DNA of 55,517 nucleotides, the filler included, from Sphacelaria rigidula (taxonomy: Eukaryota), in the NCBI GenBank assembly GCA_964200075.2. It is 3 parts of 3 records of this genome, joined end to end, with 100 filler letters (N's around TTAATTAATTAA, not from the genome) between each part and the next. Parts side by side here need not be neighbours in the genome. Positions count along the whole stretch, not along the records: positions 1 to 18,441 come from CAXNAA020000856.1; positions 18,542 to 36,981 come from CAXNAA020000857.1; 1 more part is not named here. One strand, written 5' to 3'. Below, piece by piece: positions 12,401-24,900 of the stretch (its first letter is position 1; every line of letters begins with the position of its first letter). Under the pieces are notes generated by a model that was not told the origin of the DNA, searched no databases, and was given only the letters and a program-made list of their open reading frames with translations. A program made the translations under genes and the position numbers.

Positions 12401-15400
12401 TGGACCTCAGCAGGTGGTGGTGGTCGTCGTACACAGTATAAGGGTTTCCTGCTCTACGTGTACCATGGTTTGCCCTACTTCCGAACGCGTTCCCCTATTC
12501 ATGTATCCCGTCATCGCAACTCATGCGTATAGTTTTCGTCCAGACGTCTTTCCGTGATCGAGAAACGCTGCAAAGGTCTCAATCGTGCCCTTGCAACCCC
12601 TTGTTCCCCCCCCACTGCCGCCGTCATCCCCGCGCCGCCTGCTCGGCTTCAGCGAGAAACCTTGCTTCGGCGCGTCGCAGCGGCGGAAGCAGGAGCGGCG
12701 CTCTCCCAAGTGATGGCACATACCGCGAGCAGCTTATCCGGGTCGCCATCTTCGAGGACAACTACCCCTCCGCGATCAATTGTTCCCGCCGCCACCGCCT
12801 CCTCCACTGCCGCTGCCGCCATTGAGCTGCCATCCCCAACGATTACCTCGTCAGCTGCAGCTACGGCGGCGGCAGCGGCTGCCGAAGCAGCGCTTGCCAC
12901 CGCGCTATCAGATTTGGCTACCGTCCACGCGGAGCTTCGGGCGGCGCGCGACGAACTTGATGTGCTGCGCGCCAGCGGCGATTTTGAAGTGGAACGTGGA
13001 GAGCGAGGGGAGCGCGATCGTGTGGTGCTGCAGCAGGACCAGCGGCGATTGGAAGATGACCGTAGGAGCTTGGAAAATGAGCGTTTGAAGTTGGCGGAGG
13101 AGAGGAAGATGTTCGAAACCGAGGAGCGGAAGAGGTTTGAAGAGGAGAAGCGCGAGGTGTTAGAGCAGGAGCGGCAGCGGCTTGAGGCGTTCTTCCGCCA
13201 GCAGCAGCAGAGGCAGCAGAGGCAGCAGGATCTCAACAACGACGATGACAGCATAGGCTCTGGTCAAGAGCAATCTCGACGGGGGCGACGACAACGGCAG
13301 CAGCAGCAACAGGAACAGCGGCAACACCGACAAGCTACGGAGGTCGCAGTCGCAGGAGCCATAGAGGAGGCCACCGCCAAATTGAGGACCGAGATCGCCG
13401 ACATCACCGCGCGGGCTGCGGCGGAGGAATCAAGGTCGGCGGACAAGGCTGCGGCAGAACGCGCGGAGCTCGAAGCAGGGCTGACGGCGCGGATTGGAGC
13501 TCTTGAAGATGAGCTTGCTCGGGGACGGAAGGGAATGCACGATGTCGAAAGGCAAGTGGAGAGGGCCGAGGCGCGGCGGCGGGGGCTGGAAGAGGAGCTG
13601 GAATCGGCCGACCGCCGGGCCAGGATGCGCGAGGAGACTGTCAGAGATTTGGAGTCCCGCCTTCAGGTAGTGTGTGTATTATATAGAGGGGAACACACAA
13701 GATGTGAAAGATCGTTCAAAGAGCCAGTCGAGCAGTACGTGATGGAGAAAAGATTGTGTTGCAAGCTTAATCGTAGGCTTTTGAATTCCTCTCTTGTATT
13801 TAGGCGTGTCTACGGCGCTGACCATACTGCCTCGACACACCCCCTCCCACTCCCCCACCCCCGGCCATCGTAAACATCATCCTGCAAACCCACCAGAGCG
13901 AGAGTCGCCGTAGACAATCGCTGGAGCACGCACTGCAGGATGCGGAAACCTCACGCAGATTCAAAATGAGTGGCGTATTCTCGAGTGACGGCGACGGTGA
14001 CAGCGGCTTGTCATCCTCCACTACGGTGCTGGAGCTCCGGGGGGAGGTGTCGAGGGCCAAGGCGAGGGTGGAAATGCTCGAGGAACGGCTGGACGAAACC
14101 GTCAAGTGCAACCGTCACCTTGAAAGGAAGGTGGCGCAAGCGGTCCAGCTGGGGGTGAGTGTTGCGTGTTTACACGGTTTTTTACGTGTGTGTCCCGTCT
14201 CTCACGGGTGTTTCCGGGTGTGTGTCCCGTGTGCTGACATCTGGGCCTCCCCGTTCTCCACCGCTTCTTGCTTTGTTTAGAAATTTGCACGGCGAAGAGG
14301 GGGAACGCGCTTCGTACCATTCACTGTACCATGTGCCGTGTTCGTGTGTTCCATCGCATTCGCCTTCATTGTGAAGCCGAACTTGTTGTTGGAAGGATTG
14401 AAAGTCGACTGAGGAGGCGCTTTGTCCACTGTCGTTTGTGTTTCTCTCCCGTGCGTGAATGCGAGCCTTTTGTCTTTGGCATTCATTTCCTTGTTTTTTC
14501 ATTGCTGTCAGGTGGCGTCACCGTCGCTCTCCAGGGCCGATGATTCTTTTTGTTGTTTTGCAATAGGGGGGGGAATCTTGACTGCCGGTGAAGCAGGGCC
14601 GTCTTTGAACATGGGCACCCACTGCGCAGAATACTTGGAACTGACACATGCTGTTCCTCAGTTTCCGTTTCTTTTACTGACACCCGTTTTTTCCGGCGAC
14701 ATAAAAAGCCAACACCTTCGGTGACGGAAAAATGACCAACGGGCACTGTAGAAAAGCGGGCGATATCTGAGAACGAACATTGTATTTGCCGTCCATCCAA
14801 CCCCGAATTCACCGCTCCCTCGACGTGCTCTGTTTGATTTATTGCGTCTCTCCGTTTTATTGTTGTCACATTCCACAGAGATCTCATGCAGAAGCCGAGC
14901 TAGGGGCGGCACTCGCTGGTGAGCGCATGAAGCGCAACGGAGAGCTCACAGAGATCAAGTCTGTGGTAGACGAAATGATGACCCTAGACGCCTCGGCGAG
15001 TGGGGGAGGTATCGCCGGCAGAGGGGATCTGTTCAGTCCTCCTCGCGCCAGGAAGAGTCGTTTGGGATCTCAGATGTATCCTTCATCTAGTTCACACCAC
15101 GACACTACAGTCACTTCATTGGAAGTGGGCGCAGCCGCTAGGTAAGCTGTGTTGAAGTCTCCGCGGACGCGACTTGAGGGTGGGCTGGGCGAGTGGATGG
15201 TTGAGTAGGTATGTTCCTACAAGCGAGACAGTGGAGGACGTCATGCGTGAAGAATCGTGTATGAAAAACGACCGTGTTTGGACGTGGTGTGCAGTTCCTT
15301 TCACCCCCGTGCGTCATCTTCTGTGTCCGACATTGATCATCGTATCCCGTCTCGTTTGCTGACGCGAGCTGAGCGTGCTGCCCCTCCCTCCCCTTGAGGG

Positions 15401-15596
15401 TTGACATACGTGGCGAGAAACGATCGCTATACTAGGAGATTTATGTTTTCGTGCAGGTGTTTTGCTTCTTGCCCCCCTCTACGGGCTGTTTGATTTATGG
15501 GTATGGGTGGTATGTGGTATACTCCTTGCACTCTGCGACCACGGGTTCGAGAAATCGGGCTAATGTGACGATTATTACTACTACTACTACTACTAC

Positions 15597-15640
<44 letters not shown>

Positions 15641-17691
15641 ATAGTACTGTAAGTAGTGTTATTTTGTATTATTTAGTAGTATTAATAAGATGATGGCCAC
15701 AAACGGCGAATCAGGAATCAGAAAGGAGACAAAATATGTCAAAGGTTTTTGTGGGATGTATGGAAGAAACGTAATGGGCGCTGGAATGTTGGAGGTGTCT
15801 CTATTAGGAGTAGGAACGGTGCTCCGTATCGAAAGGGATGCGTGATCAATGGTCGAATGACTAAGACATGCAACAAATGAGCACGCCCCCACTCCCCCCT
15901 TGAGGGTTGGCGTCGGTGGGCAACGAACTTTGTAAAACACGGCACTCACGACGTGAGCTAAGCAATGAAGTCGGCGTTTTTTTTGTGTGTGTGTTGTTGC
16001 GGGAACGATGATGGTGGTCGAACTAGATCATACTGTGCAGGGTGGAGGACCCGAACTCCGCGCAAAGGGGATGGCCGTACTACGTAGTGTTTGATTGGTA
16101 AGACAACAATGAGGCAGTGCGTAAGCCATGTCTGTCTCTGTCTGTCTCTATCTCTGGAAGTGGCGATACCAGAAAATGAAGCAACTCGTTGGAGGCTGGC
16201 ATCCATGTGCATGGTAATCAGTAGGCTTCGGGCCGAACAATCTTGGGAGGATGCAACTCATCCTTCATGTGGCTTGCTACACATGGCAACCCTTCGCGGT
16301 TGGTGATTGATTGAGAGCCTGGTCCGGCGAAAACCCGGCGCGCTCCGTCCCGGCGAGGTTAATTGTGATGAGACTACGACATGTACGATCCCTGCCTTCC
16401 CAACACACGCGCTCCACTGATGACACGCCTACCCAAATATATGAAGGTGCAGAACACACGTATGTGATCCGGCCTCCTTTCTGATGCAGCTGTAATCTCC
16501 ACAGAATGCCGTTCCTCGTAGAGCTGACACTTGAAGGCGACTTACCCACACGAAGAACTTTTGAATTACACCCCACCCCACCCCATATTCGCGCAGGCTA
16601 ACTGAGGCTTGGTCGTTACTGGAAGCATCCGAAGCGGCCAGGAAGCAGCTGCAGGAGGAGGTCAAGAGTTGGGCGGACAGGGCAACCAGACTAGAGGGAG
16701 CGCTTGCGGCGGCGGAGGCGGCTGTGGAGGAGGGGGCTAGGGAAGCCCGGCTCCTCGCAGCCAGCTTGCAAGATGCAAGGGAGGGGCTGGCCGCTGAGGA
16801 AGCTGCGAGAAGGGAGGCAGAAGACCGGGCGGACGCCTTGAGGTATGCTGTGATGTCCAGGACGGCGGCAGGGGTAAAATGAGTCTCATTCCGACAGCGT
16901 TTACATATACCACTGTAGAGCCAGGCTTTGATGTAGGTGCGCATCACCAGTTGCATACTAGGTAAACTAGATATCGTTTCAACCCTGGATGGACAGCACC
17001 TGAGGGTTGCCTGACCGTTCTGTTCTACATGGTTGTGGACGTTGAGTGATGTACGGTATTTGCTTTTTCTGTTTCGAAGGAATTAGGCCGCGTTGACCAT
17101 GGCGAAAAATCGTCGGGAGTGCAATGATCGGTGCAACAGTGGTGTGGACAAGTTGAAAGTCCCAGCGAGAAGGGCGCGCATGGGGAAAGGATAAGATGTG
17201 CCCAATCCATGCGGAACAGAGTGGATGTATATAAAACTCCGATAAAGATGGTATTATTTGAAACCCCCAATAGGGAATCCCAAAACATTTCCACGGCGTG
17301 TGCAACGTGTTCTCCAAGCGTGCCCTTGGTATTTCGGTATCAAACCCCTGGGATGTTGCACACTACATTTAGACGGCACTGCCTCAACCTTGACACGGCG
17401 TCACGAAGCATGGGAATCTTCAAGCGTATTCGGAGCAAAGCGTTTACACATGTCGTACGCATCGAAAATATCCACACATGCGCTCACGGCTTTCTTGTCG
17501 CTTACTGCCTCGATGGCACGCACACGCCCAGGGCAATGCTTCAAGCTGGCGATGGAGGGGGAAGCGGGGGGGGGGTGTCAACGGCAGCGGGTGGCGGCGG
17601 CGGCGGGGAGGTGTCCCGTGGCTTGGCGGGGCAAGTGAAAGCATTGCGCTCTAGGGTGGAGGAGCTTCTTCAGCGCGCCAGGGAGGCCGAG
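461..17691 (+). CDS. Giant multi-exon coiled-coil protein (partial, >2,270 aa visible; 5' end before the window, 3' end lost at the gap)
   Basis: 20 exons with AG/GT boundaries and consistent phase: 461-710, 1204-1371, 1645-1775, 2297-2419, 3555-3713, 4025-4186, 4580-5083, 5401-6408, 6648-6740, 7065-8030, 8261-8467, 8991-9116, 9859-10416, 11440-11574, 11795-11959, 12533-13666, 13897-14154, 14879-15141, 16597-16842, 17532-17691. The sum is 6816 nt = 2272 codons with no stop. The translation is A/E/R/L/Q-rich heptad sequence (e.g. LETELEAKVLEAEELQNRLAEAETDAENLRT) with Gly/Ser-rich and polyQ linkers. No catalytic domain recognised. Confidence 0.88.
2578..2887 (+). mobile_element. tRNA-derived SINE (intronic), copy 1
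   Basis: Pol III A box TGGTGTAATGG (2590-2600) and B box GGTTCGATTCC (2634-2644), a ~250-nt body, and a TTCAAAGTGCG-A-rich tail. A homologous copy lies on the minus strand at ~39165-39451. Confidence 0.75.
15570..15640. repeat. (ACT)n/(ATT)n compound microsatellite
   Basis: Direct reading: attattactactactactactactactattattatt... Confidence 0.95.
15688..15910 (+). mobile_element. LINE 3' end remnant (same family as 1-90 and 50935-51700)
   Basis: GGAAGAAACGTAATGGGCGC...AGGAGTAGGAACGGTGCTCCGTATCGAAAGGGATGCGTGATCAATGGTCGAATGACTAAG aligns with the reverse complement of 50960-51070. Confidence 0.7.
15975..16360 (-). repeat. Dispersed repeat (retroelement-derived), copy 2, with A-rich tail on the minus strand
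   Basis: Homologous to 120-345. Its left part GATGATGGTGGTCGAACTAGATCAT...AACTCCGC..AA.GGGGATGG also matches 36900-36981. T-run at 15977-15984. Confidence 0.7.
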
Positions 17692-17767
17692 GTACGGTAT
17701 GCATATCCAAAATTGATCACATTTGTCAACCGTTTTCCTTGTTGCGTCGTAAGTGGTGAGATCATAG

Positions 17768-18441
17768 CTTGTTGTTTTTGTTGTTGTCTTCACATTAAAG
17801 ACCGTTCCGACATCTGCGCGGTACATCGTACTGGGCATCTGATGCGGACGCCTTCCGTGGTCACAGGCTAGCTACCTATAATGAGGTATGAAGAAATAAA
17901 GATGAAAAAACAGAAGAAAAACTCACAAGCGCGATACAAGCAAAGCAGGAATAAAAAATAAAGGAGAATAAGAATGGCTAAACTCAGAAAAATCCGGTGC
18001 CGTACTTGGCCACTCGGACTTCCGGGGGTGGCGCCCGACTTTCCAACTCGACCCGCGAGGCCAAGTAGAAAGGAACATAGGGTCCGACTACGGGCGAAGA
18101 TCAAGGCCCGAAGACCACCAACCAAAATACTAAGAATCGCAAGGTTCTATCCTTCGACCTCTCGAGGGAGAGCCATACATACAAGCATACCAGGTGTATC
18201 GAGACGAGCAACTCATGACATAACGACACGCCCCATCGGGGGGGTTCACCCCCGACCCCCCCCTTCTCTGGACCATCGTCATTGCTCTGTTGGCTTCGTT
18301 TTTGTCCCGTCCAATCGCACGCAGTCGGATGGCCTCCTTTTCATTCCTGTGCCAGGAGGTCATGAACCTCTCCGCTCCCTGCAGCACTTCTGCATGCCAC
18401 GGCAACCCCCCCTCCTTATTCGCTGCTGAGGGCCGGAGGAC
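17768..18441 (-). mobile_element. 5'-truncated non-LTR retrotransposon: end of the ORF, 3' UTR and (CAA)n tail
   Basis: Minus-strand peptide WHAEVLQGAERFMTSWHRNEKEAIRLR resembles C-termini of brown-algal LINE ORFs (recognised from memory). The terminal motif GGCGTCCGCATCAGATGCCCAGT...GGAACGGTCTTTAATGTGAAGACAACAAC is shared with 29520-29600 and 35905-36070. Confidence 0.6.
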
Positions 18442-18541
18442 NNNNNNNNNNNNNNNNNNNNNNNNNNNNNNNNNNNNNNNNNNNNTTAATTAATTAANNN
18501 NNNNNNNNNNNNNNNNNNNNNNNNNNNNNNNNNNNNNNNNN
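18442..18541. other. Assembly gap / contig linker (N-run containing TTAATTAATTAA)
   Basis: 100-nt N block with a six-frame stop spacer; identical construct at 36982-37081. Confidence 0.97.
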
Positions 18542-18620
18542 TCTTCCTCGTCTACTTTGCGTCTGAGCGCTCCTTTTTCCCTCATATCGATCATATCTCT
18601 CACTTTTGCCTTGCGCGGAG
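18542..18620 (-). mobile_element. LINE fragment at the contig edge
   Basis: Minus-strand peptide DMIDMREKGALRRKVDEE parallels MNIRGKQAPRQKVDEEEDLEMYG at 51440-51520. Confidence 0.5.
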
Positions 18621-19615
18621 GGGTGGGGGGGGGTGGTGCTCTGGGCAACTTGTACGTTGGTAGAGCTAAAATCGGCTCTGTGGGCGGCGATTTGAGCCGC
18701 AGGTCGGTGGATCGCCTGGTGGCGATCACCTCTTGGCACTCCAACCAGTCACAAAGGGGGATACATGGATCAGCGTGTGGAATTGCGGGGGGTGCCTTCG
18801 TGCGACTTCCCTCATGCGATCTTTCGACCGGTTCGGTAGAAACAATCGCATCCTGTGCATGCGAGCCGGCATTTGGGACTGTCAGCCTCAAAAGGTCCGA
18901 ATGTGATGGCTGTAGTTTACACCGAAATCAAGTACTTTTTCAACCATGAAACTTATTGAACAGTTCGGGCATATTCTACTGCACATCCTACACCACCAAA
19001 AGCCAGTTCATCGTTCGATATGGCACATTCTTCAGGTTGTCCATCGATAGGATTTCACTATGTGAAATGACTCGGTACATCCGTGCGGTAGAAATGCCGA
19101 CATTTCCTGGGTAAGTAGGCCGGAATAAAAAATACTCATGGGTGTGCCTTTGAGCGTCACGCAAGCGCGCAAGTCCGCACATATGGACTCATTGGAGAAT
19201 GACATGTACACTGTACAATCATCAAGGCGAACTGGCAAAATTGGTGCCAACTATCTTCACGTTACGAGAAGAAATATCGTTTTCGTATTTAGATCATTCT
19301 GCACTCGATACTCATATCACGGTTGTGATCTTGATCGTTACTAGCCTTGAATCACACACCACGAAGTGAATGTACAGCAGCCCGTTCTTGAAATTTTCAA
19401 TCTCACGTGAGATAAACACTTTTTTGGAGCACCTCACTCGACGGACACATATATACTCGTGATCACCGCGTGGCCAAGTTTTTACTCGCCTTTTCCAGCC
19501 TGGATTCCTTCTTTGCTTGAAAAATGCGAACCTCGGCTTCTCACCTATTAATAGATGATTGCCAATAACAACAGCGCACCGCCGCTACTGTACGCATTTC
19601 CAAGATGAGACTTAC

Positions 19616-21947
19616 CTGCACTTGATTCAAGAAAGCATCATCTTGCACGCGTGCTGCAAGGCCGAGAGCGTCCAAGTCCACCTTCCGTCCCTTTCCAACT
19701 CTACTGGCCGCGGCCTCGACTTCTGGGTGAGCTGTGAGTGCTACGGTGGGAATCTCCAGCCTTTTCTGGCAACGGTCCAACGCTTGCTCCAGCTCGGTGA
19801 TACGCCGTTGCAGCACCGACACTCCAGAGTCCAGCTGTCGCATGGTACGAGAAGAGCCATGGATGCACGGCAGGACGGATGAGACGCATTTTATGGTATA
19901 TCGAACCACGCGTTTGTCACACGTTGAACACCTCGTTGTATGACTTATTATCCCGTAAGAAATGAAAATGATTTTGCGTTGGCTCCAGTGACTCAAAACG
20001 AGGAAGACGCCGAGTCCATCATTACGATTATTTTGATTCGTCCCCCGCGACAAAAATGAACGACCATGATTCCAATGGTCGTTCGACGTGTGGAAGTGCT
20101 GGCAATAGGGGTGGAAAGTACCGCTAAAGGAAAGGAGGTGGCGCTCCTCAATCCTAGATGCTGTTCTTCGTCTCAAGCTCTAGTCCTTTCTTGACCACGC
20201 TGTTGTTGCTCTTTGTTGCGGGGAACAATCGAGCGGACGAAGCCCAGTCGACCAAAACAAGACAGCAGCACAACATCAGAGCAAAATATGACAGAGCAGT
20301 CATAGAAGAACACGTTGAGAGGTACAACGCAGGAACCCCAACGTTACTTCCTGATTTTTTCGCATTTTCCTTCTCTATTTTCCTCTTTCTGTGACCTTCT
20401 CCTTGCCGATGATTCCGCCCATTTGAATTCGCAAACGTGTATCTTGCGAACACCGCTTCATTCGTGGCGGAAAAGTTCACGTGTCACATTGACATTCCAA
20501 CCAGTCAATCAAATCGCATGAATCAACCGACGCAGACCACTCGCTCTTTCTGTGCTCGCCTTTTCGTCGCCGCCCCGGGCAACAGCGTACGCTCTGACGG
20601 CTGGCGCGAAGACGTGCGTAGCGTACGCCTGCAGCACGGCGAACACCGATCCGCCCGGCGCCACGGTCCCCTCGTCTTCATCGGACGCTGCGGTACTAGC
20701 GTCTGCATCGCTCCCCGGAAATGACATCACCTGCACACGATGATGGCGCCCAACGCCAGGACAAAGTCGACACGTAATGTACAGTGTGTTCGAGGCAGCT
20801 TTGTGAGCAACAAACGGCTCTCATCATACCTTGTTTCTCAACTACATCACCATACTGTCAACGTCAGAAACAAGGCAGCCACTGATTTTACATAGTGAAG
20901 ATGCGACGTAGTTCGACCAAGTCGATGTCCGTTCAAGCGTAATCGTAGCTGCAAGTTCACCAGAAATTCTCGTCTCGCTTCTAGAGCAAAAAGCCACGTC
21001 TTCAGCAGTATGAAGATAACATTAGATACGCATAGCACACAGCATTCGATGTAAAGGAAGGACGTGATGGTTGGGTATCTCATATCCCCCCCTTCTCGGG
21101 GCTGTGCCGTCCAAGATTTCTCGGTGTTCACCTGCAACTGCGCTCGCAGTGGGCGTCTCTTCGATGGCTCAAGCCCGCCTGGATGCCGTTTGATCACTGC
21201 CAATCCCGGCGCGTCCTCGACATGCCTGGTATCAAGGCCCAGCCAAAACCCATCGACGGTGGCACTGCGGGCGCGCTCGTCACTCCCACCGCTAAGGCCC
21301 GAGCTGGTAGTCCCTACAGCAGCGGCGACCGATGCCGCCGCGTCTTCCAGCTCGATAAATAGGGATGATGGTTGCACGTCTGATGCAAACCTAGGCGCGG
21401 AAGGATTGTGGCGATTTGCGTGCATCCGTTGAGGAGATGAGGTGATCGACATCCAGAAAGTAGCAACAGTTTGGTGGGGTTTACAGGAACACAATGGTAT
21501 CATGCAATCCAAACTATACCGTGAGAACTCTCGATGGTTATCGTGCTCCAGCGACTTCTTGTAGACCTACTAATAGTGGTACGAACCATTTACAGAGGCT
21601 CATGAAGACATTTACCTCGAAAGTTGGATATATCCAGACGCGACACCTACTGCTGCTATCGCACAATTGAACCAGCTGTTGCTGCTACTCTCGTGCCATC
21701 TCGCATTTCTCATTTCCTTTCACTTCGTCAACCTCTGCCTCTCAATGCGTCTTTCCTCTCCCGTCCCCTCTCACGTGCCAAGGATGGTGACGACATCCGG
21801 GGTGGTGAGTGCCTCTCGAAAGGCCCGCACACCGCGCTCGCCCTCCTCTTCCAGTCCAAGCACAGCTGGGCACACGGAGGACAGGTATGCCTGCAGCTCT
21901 GCCAACGAGGCTGATTCTTCGCCTTGCAGCACCTCCGTGGCAGCCAT
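19616..21947 (-). CDS. DYNC1H1: Cytoplasmic dynein 1 heavy chain, N-terminal tail (first 4 exons; remainder beyond the gap)
   Basis: Exons 21947-21775, 21390-21132, 20730-20560, 19834-19616 (822 nt, 274 aa, phases 2/0/0/0). ATG in gccgctATGG context with an in-frame upstream TGA. The peptides LQAYLSSVCPAVL...TFASDVQPSSLFIE...LAVIKRHPG...LRAQLQVMSF...VFAVLQAYATHVFAPAVRAY...LQRRITELEQALDRCQKRLEIPTVALTAHPEV...VQDDAFLNQVQ follow, in order, the DYNC1H1 N-terminus (KFLSDPQ...LAFIKR...[30 protein letters not shown]...VEDPTFLNQLQ). Confidence 0.88.
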
Positions 21948-24900
21948 AGCGGCAGCACCACTTGTGCGTCACCACGAAACAGAAGGAATGCGGTGGATCT
22001 CTTGTCTCGGTGAGGAACGTTCAGTCGGAAGAAACGCACGTGCCAAAAATTCGAAATATCGTCAGGTCGCCATACCATGTGAGCTTCTATATTCCATGAA
22101 GACTTCTCTGTCGCGCAGGGGCATCGCCCTCAACGTACTTGTATTGACCGGTTACTGGAGCTGGGACATCTTTCGACAAAATATGGAACGGCGCGGGCTC
22201 CTACTCTTTAACCGTCGAGCATGTCCGTAAACATTGGGAGATATTGCGGCCGTGTGTGTCAAATCGATCTCATCTTCATGCGGTCGCGTAACAGCTGTCA
22301 GCTCCGGGGAAGCGGGACACACGGTGGTGGAACAAGTACAAACAATCTACGGCCCTCTATAATGCAGGCAAGCAGCGAAGTACTGCCTTATCATGACAAG
22401 ATATCGCTACGATCAGAGCGATCACACGAGCATCTGCGTGAGCAAGGGCTGCCTACAGCAACTCACGAAGGAGCGAGTATTCCTGGAAACGACTATATCT
22501 CTAAAATAGTCCAGTATACAAAATTGACAAGGTTATCTTTTGCATACAAAACCTACGTGCTTGCACCCTCAGCCCATATATGTACTCCACATCAGGTGGT
22601 ATGTGTGTTGTCGTCCCATTTATTCTGTGCACCAGTCTACACCTTTCAGTATATGTGGGCGCATCAGCCGGGGTCACACAGGAGGGAGGTCAACACAGGA
22701 GCTTTTTCTTTCTATTTGTTTTTATTAGTAAGGTTGTATGCTATAAGCAGTTTCACCCCGTTCGAGCGCGCGCAGATGGGACAGCTGGGTGTGGCAGTCA
22801 ATTTTCAAGCGAATGTTCACTGATGACCATTTTACATGCAGCAGCATCTGAGCGGTCGAACGGCTGATTTGCAGCGCATCGCCGGTGTGTGTACTCTATG
22901 CAAACCTAACGCGAGCCAGTAACATGCTGTGATCAAGGCCCGCGGTGCTTGTCGTCAGATGCCGAATGCAGACAGTACACCGCACTTGCACCACAGCAGT
23001 ACAGAGGCACCCTTCACTCCTCAGGTACAATAAACCAACACCGATCTGTGCGGAATTCTGTATTTTAAAATATGATACGAGTACTTCGAAGTAAAAGGAT
23101 TTTTTCTGTTCTTTTATGAGGTCGAAAGCTGGCGCGCCGCGCGCTGCGTTGCACGGCACAAAACACCCCACCACAGACGTAACACTAATAAAAAACGTAT
23201 ATGATGTAAGCTGTGCTTTCTCTACTCCTGTGTGGCTTCCGGTAGGCACAAAGATGCACACACATTTTCGTATGCACACGTGTTTCGGTTTGTGCGCAAC
23301 TGCTACACTAATGAGGTACCTCACCCCAAAAGATGAGTGTTTTGTTCTCCAATCCACGACCGCTGCTGCACTGCTGCTGTATACTGTAAAATGCTCCAGC
23401 CGCTGAAAAATGTTCACCTTTAACTTGTTGTGTTTATGGTGCGTTTAGAAGCGGTATGTGCTCGGTCTCCTGTAAGCATGCACGCGCCGTAATGCGGAGA
23501 CAAAAGCTAGCCTGTGGCCGCAACACCGTTGTGCTCCCTACAACAGAAACTAAACCTGCAAGGTACAGCCTTATGCCATTTTCTTATGACGTACAAACTT
23601 GTTTTGGTCAGTATTTGTTGCAGTCGGCGCCTCGGAACCGCCAACTTGCCGCCAACAGTCTCGTAAGAATTATTATGATATTCCACCAACATCTCATCCT
23701 TCATAAATATCCGGATTTGTTGTTGTGTTTGTTTTGTAAGTATCATCTTCGACCGTCCTCTTTCGTACTTTTCTTGGCGTTGGTGTCGATATGTAGTGCA
23801 GTGCAGTACAGTCACAGAACAGTCACAGTACAGTGCAGTCTTTGTGTATATCAATGTACTGTACGTTGGTGCTGTCTGCACTGTACTGTACGTCGAGATC
23901 TGCGATCTTTGCATGGAGGTCTCGAACTCACGGGTCATGAGCTCAGGCTGAGCTAATGTGATGCAACTACAACATCTCAGTTGCTCAGTTGAAGTAAAGT
24001 ACCTTGAAAACTAACAATCCTTTACTTCATTGATTAGACCCAGGGGGCGCAAGACTACCAGCAACAAGCCAGGTGTGGTGAGAGATCTCAACTTGGGGGT
24101 GAAGATAACGACCAAAGACTGCAGTGGTAAGCACCTATTTCTGACCTGGATAGCTGTGCATTGACTGATGAGGCCAGGAGCGAGAGACTGGGAACGATGT
24201 AACGCGCGAAAGAATAGGGCCATCAATTTAAAAGCCACTCCATTATGTTGTATACTTCGTGCCGTCCGTACTGTATCACGGAGCTTTTTTTTCACGCTCC
24301 AGTTCTGCAAGTGTTTTTGATCGAAGCAGGGGCAAACCCGTTTTGGTTTCTCCCGTGTACATTATTCTCACATTTTCCCGTCTACCGAACTCTGTTTGAA
24401 TGGACATCAACGGAATACAAATTCGCAGTGAGGAGATCAATTCTTCCTTTACCCCCTCCTTCAGTTGCCTCGAGTGCACCTGCTCTCGCGGGAAAGGTGG
24501 CCGTGACCACTCGTACGGGTCGTTACTATTTTCAAGACGACCAAAACTCCGTTATGAAATAATCTCCAAAGGAAAAACGACCTATCTCCGAACAGAAAGA
24601 TCAACAGGCTCGAGGTTGAAGCAGAACGAAAATCCACTGAAGGAAAGGACGTTTTATTTGCAAGTCAGGGCTCTTGGTATTGGATGACTTTTGCGACGAT
24701 GCTGGGTGGGAGATGGAGGTTCTTAGGCTGAGAATTGAGGTCACTCACGCTACCGTACAAGTATGTATATTTGGATTGTGTGTTGATCGTTTATCGACCT
24801 GAAGAGTTTGTCGTATGAACGATTCGGACTTTTCCGTACGGTCATGTGAGATACCTATGAACAACGGACTGTTGAACTCATGGGTTCTCCCCTGACTGAC

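Noticed and set aside
18486-18497. TTAATTAATTAA palindrome within the N-run (also 37026-37037)
   Set aside because: Artificial six-frame stop linker, not biological.
24160-24200. CTGATGAG hammerhead-ribozyme-like core
   Set aside because: No closing stem II followed by GAAA and no stem I/III pairing found.
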